DNA of 64,000 nucleotides from assembly GCF_039973015.1 (NCBI RefSeq), contig NZ_JBDWLT010000008.1:554052-618051 (forward strand), written 5' to 3'. Position numbers and translations under genes: made by a program. Below, in pieces: positions 9,578 to 18,442 of this stretch. Within the stretch, counting starts at the first letter, position 1, and the number at the start of each line of letters is the position of its first letter. Source of the stretch: Parvibaculum sp. (GTDB taxonomy: Bacteria > Pseudomonadota > Alphaproteobacteria > Parvibaculales > Parvibaculaceae). The notes under the pieces were generated by a model. The model ran no database searches. It was not told the DNA's origin and saw only the letters and a program-made list of their open reading frames with translations.

Positions 9578-9745
9578 ATGACCAAGCTGACAAATATGCT
9601 GGCTCCGGGCGTACTGGTTCTGGGCCTGCTGGCCCTGACGATACCCACCGTGGCGAACGCCCATGGCGGAGGATGCCGCAAGTCCTCGCCGCCCGGACAA
9701 TGCTGCCACATGGACAACAGCACCGGCGTCGTTCACTGCCACTGA
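9578..9745 (+). CDS. Small secreted Cys/His-rich peptide (55 aa)
   Basis: ATG at 9578 preceded by GGAAGGAG. Sec-type signal MTKLTNMLAPGVLVLGLLALTIPTVANA. Predicted mature peptide HGGGCRKSSPPGQCCHMDNSTGVVHCH. Confidence 0.5.
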   Translation: MTKLTNMLAPGVLVLGLLALTIPTVANAHGGGCRKSSPPGQCCHMDNSTGVVHCH

Positions 9746-9772
9746 GACCACTGTGTGCGCCGCGTTCTCTAC

Positions 9773-9798
9773 GGAACGGCATTCGTCCCGCATTCGTT
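9773..9798 (+). promoter_or_regulatory. Sigma-EcfG-type (general stress response) promoter
   Basis: GGAAC (9773-9777), 17-nt spacer, CGTT (9795-9798), about 28 nt upstream of the ATG at 9826. Matches the alphaproteobacterial EcfG consensus GGAAC-N16-17-CGTT. Confidence 0.5.
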
Positions 9799-9825
9799 GA
9801 CCTCCTGAAACCAAAGGAGGACGAG

Positions 9826-10107
9826 ATGAGCGTGAAACCGCAAAAGAATCCCGAAGAGGCACGCGACGAAACGCCGAAGCAGAAGCCCGGCGGCAAGACG
9901 GGCGGCAAGAAAGATCTCGCCGACCGGACGCCGGATGCGCATGATCTCACGGAGACCGATTTCGCCGCCGACAAGATGGGCAACAATCAGTTGCAGGGCG
10001 ACGACCAGGAGAAGGTACATAACGAGCGACATGCGCAGGCGGAGGTCACGACCGGCACCGACAGCGTCATGGACGGGCTGAAGCGGAAAGACGATACGAA
10101 GGAGTAA
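9826..10107 (+). CDS. Small hydrophilic, charged protein (93 aa), stress-protein-like
   Basis: ATG at 9826 after AAGGAGG. The sequence is highly charged and looks disordered (MSVKPQKNPEEARDETPKQKPGGKTGGKK...). Confidence 0.55.
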   Translation: MSVKPQKNPEEARDETPKQKPGGKTGGKKDLADRTPDAHDLTETDFAADKMGNNQLQGDDQEKVHNERHAQAEVTTGTDSVMDGLKRKDDTKE

Positions 10108-10110
10108 TCC

Positions 10111-10848
10111 ATGACCGGGGCGCGGGACGATACCGGAAGCGAAGCCCACGATTTCAGCGCACTTCGCGCGATTTACCTCAACTGCACGTTGAAACGTGCG
10201 GAAGAGCCGTCGCATACCGAACTGCTGATGAGTGCGTCGGCGGAGATCATGCGCAAGAACGGCGTGACGGTGGAGACGATCCGCCCCAGCGAGCACCGCA
10301 TCGCCTTCGGCGTCTATCCGGATATGCGCGAGCATGGATGGGAACATGATGACTGGCCGAAGCTCTGGGACAAGGTGAAGCAGGCCGACATGCTGGTGAT
10401 CGGCACACCGATCTGGCTCGGTGAGGAATCCTCCGTATGCCGCCTGATCATCGAGCGGCTCTATGGCATGTCGGGCGAGCTGAACGAGAAGGGCCAGTCG
10501 AGCTTTTACGGCAAGGTTGGCGGCACCGTGATTACCGGCAATGAGGATGGCATCAAGCATTGCGCGATGTCGATCCTCTATGCGCTCGGCCATCTGGGAT
10601 ACACGATCCCGCCGCAGGCCGATTGCGGCTGGGTCGGCGAAGCGGGGCCCGGCGCGAGCTATGGCGACGACGGCGCGGGCTTCGACAATGATTTCACGAA
10701 GCGCAACACCACAATCATGACGTGGAACCTGATGCATATGGCGCGGATGCTGAAGCAGGCAGGCGGGTTACCGAAGGAAGGCAATGACCGGCGGGCGTGG
10801 AAAGCGGGGTGCCGTTTCGATTTCGAAAACCCGGAACATCGCGCCTGA
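10111..10848 (+). CDS. Flavodoxin-like NAD(P)H-dependent FMN reductase family protein
   Basis: IYLNCTLKR..SHT near the N-terminus and DMLVIGTPIWLGEESS match the NADPH-dependent FMN reductase / flavodoxin-like fold pattern. Confidence 0.75.
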   Translation: MTGARDDTGSEAHDFSALRAIYLNCTLKRAEEPSHTELLMSASAEIMRKNGVTVETIRPSEHRIAFGVYPDMREHGWEHDDWPKLWDKVKQADMLVIGTPIWLGEESSVCRLIIERLYGMSGELNEKGQSSFYGKVGGTVITGNEDGIKHCAMSILYALGHLGYTIPPQADCGWVGEAGPGASYGDDGAGFDNDFTKRNTTIMTWNLMHMARMLKQAGGLPKEGNDRRAWKAGCRFDFENPEHRA

Positions 10849-10857
10849 CGCGGGCGC

Positions 10858-12012
10858 TTATGCGGCGAGGCTCTCATAGATCGCGGCGAGGAGGGCCTTG
10901 TTGCGGGGGTTCTGCCAGCGCGGGCCCATGTCGTTGGTCACATAGCCGAAAGCGACGCCCGCCACGGGATCGCCGAAGCCGAGCGAGCCACCCGCGCCGA
11001 AATGGCCGAAGGCTTGCGGGTTGGGGCCGAGAGGACGCCCGTCCTGCGGCAATTGAAAGCCCAGCGCGAAGCGGGATGTGCGCTCCAGGATGCGGTCGGG
11101 GCCGAAGGATTGTTCCTCCACAGCGGCGGCGAGCATGGGCCGCGAAAGGATTTCGACATTGTCGATCTCGCCGCCCGCCGCCAGCGCCGAATAGACGCGG
11201 GCGATACCGCGCGCCGTGCCGTGGCCATTGGTGGAGGGGATCTCCGCCGACCGCCATTCCGCCGTGTTGACCCAGCCCGCGCCGGAAATGCCCGGCGGGT
11301 TCCAGTAGGTGTTCCATTTCATCAGCGTAGTGTCGTCTAGCGGACCCTCGGGTTTCTCCGGCAGGAGGGCAGGCCAGAGAAATTCGGCGCAGCGCCCATG
11401 CTCCGTCTGGGGAAGACCGATATGGACGTCGGCGCCGAGGGGCCCTGCAATCTCACTACGCAGGATTTCGCCAAGTGTGCGGCCGCTCGCGCGGCGGACA
11501 AGTTCGCCGACGAGATAGCCGAAGGTGTTGACGTGATAGCCGTGGGCGGCGCCGGGCGTCCACCAGGGCGTCTGCGCGGCAAGAGCCGCCGTCATTCGCT
11601 CCCAGTCGAGCATGGCGCCATCGGGCAGTTCCTCGCGGATCGCGGGCAGGCCTGCCCGATGAGAAAGCATGTGGCGGAGGGTGACCGTCTCCTTGCCGTT
11701 CACGCCGAATTCCGGCCAGAGATGATGCGCCGGGGCATCGAGGTCGAGAAGGCCGCGCTCTGCAAGCCGGAGTGCGACGAGCGCCGTAAAGGCCTTGCCG
11801 ACGGAAAAGAAGTTCACCAGCGTGTCGCGTTCCCAGACTTTCGTGCGGGCCGCATCGCGATGTCCGCCCCAGAGATCGCAAACGACGCGCCCCTCGATCA
11901 TGAGGACGATGGCGGCGCCCGGCTCGCCACGCGCGGAGAAATTTTCCGCGAAGGCTTCACGCAAAGGGCCGAAACGCGGATCGCAGCTGCCGCCTACCGG
12001 CGCGGCGCTCAT
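10858..12012 (-). CDS. Serine hydrolase, beta-lactamase/esterase (class C-like) family
   Basis: SxxK motif (FSVGKAF) and family-wide similarity over 384 aa. Confidence 0.85.
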   Translation of the reverse strand: MSAAPVGGSCDPRFGPLREAFAENFSARGEPGAAIVLMIEGRVVCDLWGGHRDAARTKVWERDTLVNFFSVGKAFTALVALRLAERGLLDLDAPAHHLWPEFGVNGKETVTLRHMLSHRAGLPAIREELPDGAMLDWERMTAALAAQTPWWTPGAAHGYHVNTFGYLVGELVRRASGRTLGEILRSEIAGPLGADVHIGLPQTEHGRCAEFLWPALLPEKPEGPLDDTTLMKWNTYWNPPGISGAGWVNTAEWRSAEIPSTNGHGTARGIARVYSALAAGGEIDNVEILSRPMLAAAVEEQSFGPDRILERTSRFALGFQLPQDGRPLGPNPQAFGHFGAGGSLGFGDPVAGVAFGYVTNDMGPRWQNPRNKALLAAIYESLAA

Positions 12013-12698
12013 GGCATGAGAAGAGCGAGGAGCGAAAGCGCCATCAATGCCTGCCCCACATAATAAGTGATCCAGACGATCAGCCCGCGAGCGGGGACCG
12101 GCGACTTGAATTTGTCGAAGGCGATGACGCTGTCTGAAATCACGAAGAGGACCGCGCCGAGGCCGAGGAGAGGCGCACCTTCGGGGATTGCAAGCGCGGA
12201 CAAGGCCATGACGAGGATGGCCACGAGATAGGCGCCGACGGGCAGCTTCATCTTGCCGAGGGTGGGGGCGAGCGTGAAATAGAGCGCAATGGCGCCGAGG
12301 CCGACGGCGAGCGAGACAGCCTTCTGCGCCAGCGTTTCGGGCGCGCTGGCGATGGGCACCATGACCGCGATATAGAAAAGATGGCTGACAAGGAAAGCGG
12401 CAATGCCGCGCGGAAAATTGCGCGCATCGCCTTTCATGGCGAGGAAGAGATCACCCAGCGCAGAAAAAAGAAAGGCGGCAGAGAGAAGCAGGAGCGGCAG
12501 AGCCGGCCCCGCGCCGACCGCCAGAAGCGGCAAAGGCACGAGCAGGCCGATGGCAGCGGTCTTGAGGCCGGTGCGGAGCGGCGAAGGGGCCGCACGCTCG
12601 ATCACCTGATAGGCGATGGCCGCGATGAGCGAGAGCAGCGCGAGCGCAATGCGCAGCGCGTCGAGGCCGTCCCCCGTCATGAAAATCCGCTCAAGCAT
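12009..12698 (-). CDS. YhhN-family (lysoplasmalogenase-like) membrane protein
   Basis: Polytopic membrane protein with a YhhN-like pattern (...FLFSALGDLFL..., ...VLFVISDSVIAFDKF). Start moved to the internal ATG at 12698. Confidence 0.65.
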   Translation of the reverse strand: MLERIFMTGDGLDALRIALALLSLIAAIAYQVIERAAPSPLRTGLKTAAIGLLVPLPLLAVGAGPALPLLLLSAAFLFSALGDLFLAMKGDARNFPRGIAAFLVSHLFYIAVMVPIASAPETLAQKAVSLAVGLGAIALYFTLAPTLGKMKLPVGAYLVAILVMALSALAIPEGAPLLGLGAVLFVISDSVIAFDKFKSPVPARGLIVWITYYVGQALMALSLLALLMP

Positions 12699-12775
12699 TC
12701 GTTTCTCCCCGTTCTTTATTCTTTCGTTCTTACCCCTATGATCGCGGAAGAGACGGGAATGCAAAAGGATCAATT

Positions 12776-13543
12776 ATGAGCAGCGGCGCGCGCGCCATAG
12801 ACAGCCCGCAAAATACAAATGCGAAGAAATGGCTGGCGCTGACCGAATCACGCGGCATCCGCAAACATGGTGCGTTCATCCTTTCAGGGCGAAAAACCGT
12901 GCCAGAAGCGCTGGCGCGGCACCCGAACCGCTTCACAGCGGCGCTGGCGCGCACGGAGAGCGACCTCAACCGGCTTGCCCTCCCCTCCTCCGTCGAACGC
13001 TACGTGCTGGCGAAGCCCGTTTTCGAGGCGCTGGACACCAATGGCACCGGCTTTCCGCTACTTGTGGGCGAGGTGCCGGAAATGGCGGCGGCGGACTTCA
13101 GCGCGGCGCCCAAAGGCTTCGAACTGGTGCTGGCGCTCGGCGATCCATCGAATCTCGGTGCGGCGCTCCGCAGTGCGGCGGCCTTTGGCGTGACACGCGT
13201 GGTGCTGATGGAGGGAGCCGCACATCCCTTCCACCCGAAAGCGCTGCGCGGCGGAGCCAATGCACAATTCGGCCTCACCTTTCTCAAGGGAGGCGACTGG
13301 ACGGCGCTCGAAGGCGCGAAAGGGCCTGTCGCCGCGCTCGATGGCGGGGGCGCGGATATCGAGGAATATGCCTGGCCGGAAAACCTCCGGCTCGTGCTGG
13401 GCGAGGAAGGCCGCGGATTGCCGCCGGGCCTCAAGGCAACGCTGCTCGCGATACGCACAACCGGGGCGGTCGAATCCCTGAATGCGACGGTGGCCGCGAG
13501 CCTCGCGCTTTCCGCCCGATTCCGGCGAATTTCATCCAGGTGA
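12776..13543 (+). CDS. TrmH/SpoU-family RNA methyltransferase
   Basis: C-terminal SpoU motifs (LVLGEEGRGLPPGL...SLNATVAASLAL). Confidence 0.8.
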   Translation: MSSGARAIDSPQNTNAKKWLALTESRGIRKHGAFILSGRKTVPEALARHPNRFTAALARTESDLNRLALPSSVERYVLAKPVFEALDTNGTGFPLLVGEVPEMAAADFSAAPKGFELVLALGDPSNLGAALRSAAAFGVTRVVLMEGAAHPFHPKALRGGANAQFGLTFLKGGDWTALEGAKGPVAALDGGGADIEEYAWPENLRLVLGEEGRGLPPGLKATLLAIRTTGAVESLNATVAASLALSARFRRISSR

Positions 13544-13604
13544 TCCAGCGCCCGGGCCGGTGCGTATTCAAGGGGTGAGAGCTGGCGCAAGGTCCAGCGG
13601 TTCA

Positions 13605-13616
13605 CCCCCCCCCCCC
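13605..13616. repeat. Homopolymeric C12 tract
   Basis: Twelve consecutive C residues, 17 nt upstream of the TTG start at 13633 and immediately 5' of the putative RBS GAGAAGG. Confidence 0.95.
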
Positions 13617-13632
13617 AGAGAAGGCCCCGCCC

Positions 13633-14343
13633 TTGAATTCGCTTTTAAAACTTGCCGCCCTTCTCACGCTTGTTGTTCCCGCCATGAGCCTCAGTGCTCT
13701 TGTCTCAGGCGCGAACGCGGCAGCGCCGGCTACGTCCCCCGGGCCGGCGCTGTCGTTCCGCGTCGAGCGCGGGAGCACTCCTATCGGCACGCATACGGTC
13801 AGCTTCACGCGCAAGGGCGAGGAACTTCATGTTGCCGTCGACATCGAACTTGCCGTGTCTTTCGGCCCTATCACTGTTTTTCGCTACGAGCATCGCAATC
13901 GCGAAACATGGCGCGGGGGAAAACTCGTTGCACTCGAAACGGTAACGAATGACGACGGCACCAAATACAAGGTGAGTGCGAAGGCAACCGAGAAAGGGCT
14001 GGAAGTTACAAGCTCTGCCAACGGAACATTCATCGCGCCTGACAGCATCATTCCCACGAGCTACTGGAACCCGGCGACGATCGACCAGAGCGAACTTCTG
14101 GACACGCAGAAGGGCCGCATCCTCAAGGTCGAGATGAAGCCCGGCGCCGAATTCGAGGCGGGCGTGAACGGCAAGCCCGTTCCCGTGCGCGAATATGAAA
14201 TGACGGGCGACCTGAAACTCAAGCTCTGGTACTCGCCCCAGATGGAATGGCTGAACGTGATCTTTCGGGCGCGTGGCGAAAATGTCGACTACCGCGTGGT
14301 GCGGATCGACCGGCAGGAACTTCAGCAGGTGGCACAGCAATGA
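13633..14343 (+). CDS. Secreted hypothetical protein (DUF6134-like)
   Basis: Signal peptide MNSLLKLAALLTLVVPAMSLSALVSGANA, beta-rich body. The family name is from memory only. Start is TTG. Confidence 0.55.
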   Translation: MNSLLKLAALLTLVVPAMSLSALVSGANAAAPATSPGPALSFRVERGSTPIGTHTVSFTRKGEELHVAVDIELAVSFGPITVFRYEHRNRETWRGGKLVALETVTNDDGTKYKVSAKATEKGLEVTSSANGTFIAPDSIIPTSYWNPATIDQSELLDTQKGRILKVEMKPGAEFEAGVNGKPVPVREYEMTGDLKLKLWYSPQMEWLNVIFRARGENVDYRVVRIDRQELQQVAQQ

Positions 14344-15143
14344 CAGGACAAGGCGATATTGTCTGGATTACCGGCGCGAGTTCAGGCATCGGCCGCGCGC
14401 TCGCCCTGCGCATGGCGCGCGAAGGCTACCGCGTGGCAGCCTCGGCGCGGCGAGCGGAAGAACTCGACAAACTGAAAATGGAGGCCGGACAGACGGGCGG
14501 CGAAATCCGGCCCGTGCCGCTCGACACGACGAAGCCGGACGAGGTGAAGGCAGGCGTGGCGGAAATCGAAAGCGAGATGGGGCCGATTGCCATCGCGGTG
14601 CTATGCGCCGGCACCTATGAATCCGTTCTTGCGCATGAGCTGACGGCGGCCAGGGCGCGGCCCGTCTTCGAACTCAACTTCATGGGTACAATGAACTGCC
14701 TCGAAGCGCTGATCCCCAACATGATTGCGCGCGGGCATGGGCGGATCGCGGCGGTTGCCTCCCTCGCGGGCTATTTCGGCCTGCCGACATCCGCGATCTA
14801 TGGCGCCAGCAAGGCTGCCATCATCAACATGGCGGAAGCGCTGCAACCCGACCTTGCGAAACACGGCGTGACCATGCAGATCGTCAATCCGGGTTTCGTG
14901 AAAACGCCGCTGACCGACAAGAATGAATTTCCGATGCCCTTCCTCATGGATGTGGAGGACGCGGCGGAGGCGTTCTGCAAGGGTCTTCGCTCAGACCGCT
15001 TCGAGATTACCTTTCCGCGCCGCTTTTCGCTGCTCCTCCGGTTGGTGCAGATGCTGCCCTACCAGCTGTCGCTCGCGCTCACCGGGAAGACCCTGCCGAA
15101 GGACAAGCATCCTTCGCTTGCGGCCGGTGTCAGCCCTTCCTGA
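14340..15143 (+). CDS. SDR-family oxidoreductase
   Basis: TGASSGIGRA Rossmann motif and YGASKAA catalytic motif. The ATG overlaps the upstream stop (ATGA). Confidence 0.85.
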   Translation: MTGQGDIVWITGASSGIGRALALRMAREGYRVAASARRAEELDKLKMEAGQTGGEIRPVPLDTTKPDEVKAGVAEIESEMGPIAIAVLCAGTYESVLAHELTAARARPVFELNFMGTMNCLEALIPNMIARGHGRIAAVASLAGYFGLPTSAIYGASKAAIINMAEALQPDLAKHGVTMQIVNPGFVKTPLTDKNEFPMPFLMDVEDAAEAFCKGLRSDRFEITFPRRFSLLLRLVQMLPYQLSLALTGKTLPKDKHPSLAAGVSPS

Positions 15144-16557
15144 TTTCCGAATAGGCGGCGAGCGCGCGGGCGCGCGCCTCCCCGTGATCGACGAGGGGTT
15201 CGGGATAATTTTCCCCGAGCACAATGCCTGCCTTTTCGAGCACATCGCGCGGGGCGGCCCAGGGCTTGTGAATGTATTTCGTATCGAGCTTTGAGAGTTC
15301 GGGAACAAAAGCGCGGACATAATCGCCGCCCTTGTCGAACTTCTCGCCCTGCAGCACCGGATTGAAGATACGGAAATAGGGCGCGGCATCGGCACCCGAC
15401 CCCGCCACCCATTGCCAGCTCGCCCGGTTCACGGCGAGGTCGGCATCGACCAGCGTATCCTCGAACCACCGGGCGCCCTCGCGCCAGTCGATCATCAAAT
15501 GCTTGATGAGGAAGGAAGCGGCGATCATGCGCACACGGTTGTGCATCCAGCCCGTCTGCCAGAGCTGGCGCATGCCTGCATCGACAATGGGATAGCCGGT
15601 GCGTCCGGTGCGCCATGCATCGAAAGCACCGGCATCGCGCATCCAGGGGAAGGCATCGAATTCGCTTTTCCAGTTTTCGGTTTCGATCTTCGGCCAGTGA
15701 TAGAGAAGGTGGCAGGCGAAATCGCGCCATGCGACCTCACGCAAGAAGGCTTCGCCCGCCCGTCCGTCACCGCCTTGCGCGTTACGAACGACATGCCAGA
15801 CACGTCGCGGCGACAGATCGCCCCAATGGAGATGCGGCGAGAGGCGCGAGGTTCCCTCACGATCCGGTAAATCACGCGCTTCTGGATAATCCGCCATCGC
15901 GTCATCCACAAAATCCGCGAGCCGCGCCTGCGCGCCCGCTTCGCCCGGCTCCCATGTTTCACGCAAGCCCGCCGCCCAGTCCGGCTTCGAGGGACGAAGT
16001 GCCCAGTCATCGAGATGATCCGTCGCGATGTCCTTCACGCGCGCGAGCTTTCGTGGTGCTGCAAGAGGTGCATCGAACGAGACTTGGGACAGCGCGCGCC
16101 AGAAAGGCGTAAAGACCTTGTAGGGTCCGCCGCTCCTTGTTTTCACATCCCAGGGCTCGGCGAGAAGCGAGGCGGCGAAGCTGCGAACCTTCATGCGCCG
16201 TTGCGTCAATATGGATTTGACGAGCTTGTCTCGCTCGACGGCGCGCGGTTCATAGCAGCGGTTCCAGAAGACCGCAGCCGCGCCCGTTTCTTCTGCAATA
16301 GCGGGAAGAATTTGCGCAGGGTCGCCCCGGCGCAAAACCAGAGGCAAGCCGAGGCGGGCAAGGCTTTTTGAAAGCGCCGCGAGACTGCCATGCAGCCACC
16401 AGCGCGACGCACCGCCGATCTCTTCCTCCGGGTCCAGGATGAAAAGGGGCAGCACCGGCGTGCCGCGCGCCGCAGCAGCGGCGAGTGCCGGATTATCGTC
16501 CAGCCGCAAATCCCGACGGAACCAGACGATTGAAGGGCCGTATTCTTCTGAGGACAT
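15130..16557 (-). CDS. phrB: Deoxyribodipyrimidine photolyase
   Basis: IVWFRRDLRLDDNPAL at the N-terminus and C-terminal FAD-binding motifs (WREFA-like WRDFACHLL, GWMHNRVRM, NRASWQWVAGSGADAAPYFRIFNP). Confidence 0.92.
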   Translation of the reverse strand: MSSEEYGPSIVWFRRDLRLDDNPALAAAAARGTPVLPLFILDPEEEIGGASRWWLHGSLAALSKSLARLGLPLVLRRGDPAQILPAIAEETGAAAVFWNRCYEPRAVERDKLVKSILTQRRMKVRSFAASLLAEPWDVKTRSGGPYKVFTPFWRALSQVSFDAPLAAPRKLARVKDIATDHLDDWALRPSKPDWAAGLRETWEPGEAGAQARLADFVDDAMADYPEARDLPDREGTSRLSPHLHWGDLSPRRVWHVVRNAQGGDGRAGEAFLREVAWRDFACHLLYHWPKIETENWKSEFDAFPWMRDAGAFDAWRTGRTGYPIVDAGMRQLWQTGWMHNRVRMIAASFLIKHLMIDWREGARWFEDTLVDADLAVNRASWQWVAGSGADAAPYFRIFNPVLQGEKFDKGGDYVRAFVPELSKLDTKYIHKPWAAPRDVLEKAGIVLGENYPEPLVDHGEARARALAAYSEIRKG

Positions 16558-16585
16558 CTGTTCGTGACGGTTGGTTGGTGACTGA

Positions 16586-17368
16586 CTACTCCATACGAAG
16601 CGGCGCGGCGGGCGGATCAGCCACGGCATCGCATGCCGACAAGCACCGAAGGCGCCAGCCCGGCGCTCCATAGCCGCCAACCGGATAATGCTGGGCGAGG
16701 CGGCAATCCCACAAGACGACCATTCCCTGCGTCCAGGGGATGCGTATCTGATTTTCCGGCGCGGCGAGGAGGTTTTGTACCAGCCTCACAACGAGATCGC
16801 CTTCCTCCGCCGGCACATTAAGGACGCGACCTTCGAAGGAAACGCCGATGCCTAGATGCCTGCGCTCTGTCAGCGGATGCGACGCGACGAGCGAACGGGG
16901 AAAACCCGCACGCGAGGACGACGCGACCTCAAGCGGATCGAGATAGGCGCGCATGGGACGGGAGATGCCGTCATAAGCGTCTGCCAGCGAGCACCATATG
17001 CTTTCGCCACCGAAAGGCGCCTCCTCCGCATGAAGCAGCGCAACATGCGAGCGCGCAACGGATGCAAGCGGATCCGTCATCATCGCTATACACTCTTCGG
17101 GGCGCGCGCACGCCGCTTCTTCCGCGGACTGATTGCGCAACGTATCGACATAGAGCGTTCGTTGAAGGGCTCCGAAAGTACACATCAGACCGGCTATGCC
17201 TTGGGCCGATGCACGAGGCGAGCGGAAAACGAGCAATCCGTAGCGTGAAACAGCGGCCGAGAGGGCCGCCGACACCGCCGGCGGCGGCGGCACTGAAAGA
17301 TCCATCCCTGTCACATCGGCACCGAAAACGCCCCCCAAAGGACGAACAGAGAAGGAGTTCGAATACAT
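16586..17368 (-). CDS. TauD/TfdA-family dioxygenase-like protein (atypical metal site)
   Basis: N-terminus aligns by eye to E. coli TauD (SVRPLGGVFGADVTGMDL.. against SITPLGPYIGAQISGADL..). C-terminal WDCRLAQHY aligns with WDNRVTQHY. The position of WHTD reads MMTD. Confidence 0.65.
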   Translation of the reverse strand: MYSNSFSVRPLGGVFGADVTGMDLSVPPPPAVSAALSAAVSRYGLLVFRSPRASAQGIAGLMCTFGALQRTLYVDTLRNQSAEEAACARPEECIAMMTDPLASVARSHVALLHAEEAPFGGESIWCSLADAYDGISRPMRAYLDPLEVASSSRAGFPRSLVASHPLTERRHLGIGVSFEGRVLNVPAEEGDLVVRLVQNLLAAPENQIRIPWTQGMVVLWDCRLAQHYPVGGYGAPGWRLRCLSACDAVADPPAAPLRME

Positions 17369-17385
17369 GATTATTTACCCCGTTG

Positions 17386-17406
17386 GTCAAAGAATTTGGA
17401 TTTGAC
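17386..17406. promoter_or_regulatory. Putative LysR-type binding site (T-N11-A style inverted repeat)
   Basis: GTCAAA-N9-TTTGAC in the divergent intergenic region between the TauD-like gene and the LysR gene. Confidence 0.35.
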
Positions 17407-17482
17407 TGCCCCTATAACAATGAGTTGCACGGGAGCGGCGAACATATCCAATTGAAATGGCGAATGACCAAGTATTCACGAA

Positions 17483-18373
17483 ATGAATTTGCGCCGCATC
17501 GACCTCAACCTCCTGACCATCTTCGACGCCATCATGACGGAGGGCAGCATCACCAGAGCAGCTGCGCGACTTGGCATGACGCAGCCCGCCCTTTCGAACG
17601 CATTGACGCGGCTCAGGCGGCTGGTGGACGATCCGCTTTTCATACGGGTAGGCAACAAGATCGTACCGACGCCGCGGGCAGAAGCACTCTCGTTGCCTAT
17701 TCGTCAGGCGCTCGATCTCGCGGAGCGCGCATTGAGCGGGCATCCGGCAGACGCGACACGGGATGAAACTCGGATTTTCACTCTGGCTCTTGGCGATACC
17801 GGTGAGACCATCGCGCTACCGCGCGCATTGGAAAAACTGAGACGGGAGGCGGGAGCGACACCGCATCTGCAGCTCAAATGCGCACCGCCACACACAATCG
17901 CCGAAGAACTCGGGTCAGGCGCGGTAGACCTTGCATGGCTCGCCTTTCCGCCCCGCCTGCGCGATGTGAGCGTGGAACCGGTGATCCAGGACGAGTTCGT
18001 CTGCATGGTCGCGGAAGAGGGAGCCGGGAAAGAGGAGATGACGCAGGAGCGTTATTTCGCGCTCGACCATGTCGGCCTCGTACCGGAAATCGCATCGGAG
18101 GAACACGGCTTTGGCGCCTGGCGAAAGCGGCGAAAGATTCTGATGGAAGTACACAACTATGCACTGCTTGCGATGTTCGTCGCGACAGCCGGTCTTGCAG
18201 CGACGTTGCCAAGCCGCCTTGCACAGCATTACGCAACGACATACGGACTTGCTGTGCATCCCCTGCCCTTCGACGCACCGCCCGCGATCATCTATCAGGC
18301 GTGGCCGCGCGGCCTGACCGAAGACCGGACGCATATTCGCCTCAGGCGCGCCTTCAGGGTCGCGGCGCGATAG
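17483..18373 (+). CDS. LysR-family transcriptional regulator
   Basis: N-terminal HTH: MNLRRIDLNLLTIFDAIMTEGSITRAAARLGMTQPALSNALTRLR. Confidence 0.9.
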   Translation: MNLRRIDLNLLTIFDAIMTEGSITRAAARLGMTQPALSNALTRLRRLVDDPLFIRVGNKIVPTPRAEALSLPIRQALDLAERALSGHPADATRDETRIFTLALGDTGETIALPRALEKLRREAGATPHLQLKCAPPHTIAEELGSGAVDLAWLAFPPRLRDVSVEPVIQDEFVCMVAEEGAGKEEMTQERYFALDHVGLVPEIASEEHGFGAWRKRRKILMEVHNYALLAMFVATAGLAATLPSRLAQHYATTYGLAVHPLPFDAPPAIIYQAWPRGLTEDRTHIRLRRAFRVAAR

Positions 18374-18442
18374 TCACGGTTGCGCGCGCGGCAAGGCGAC
18401 GAGCACGGTGGAACAGGCGCGTTCTGCTCCGCCCGGCGACAC

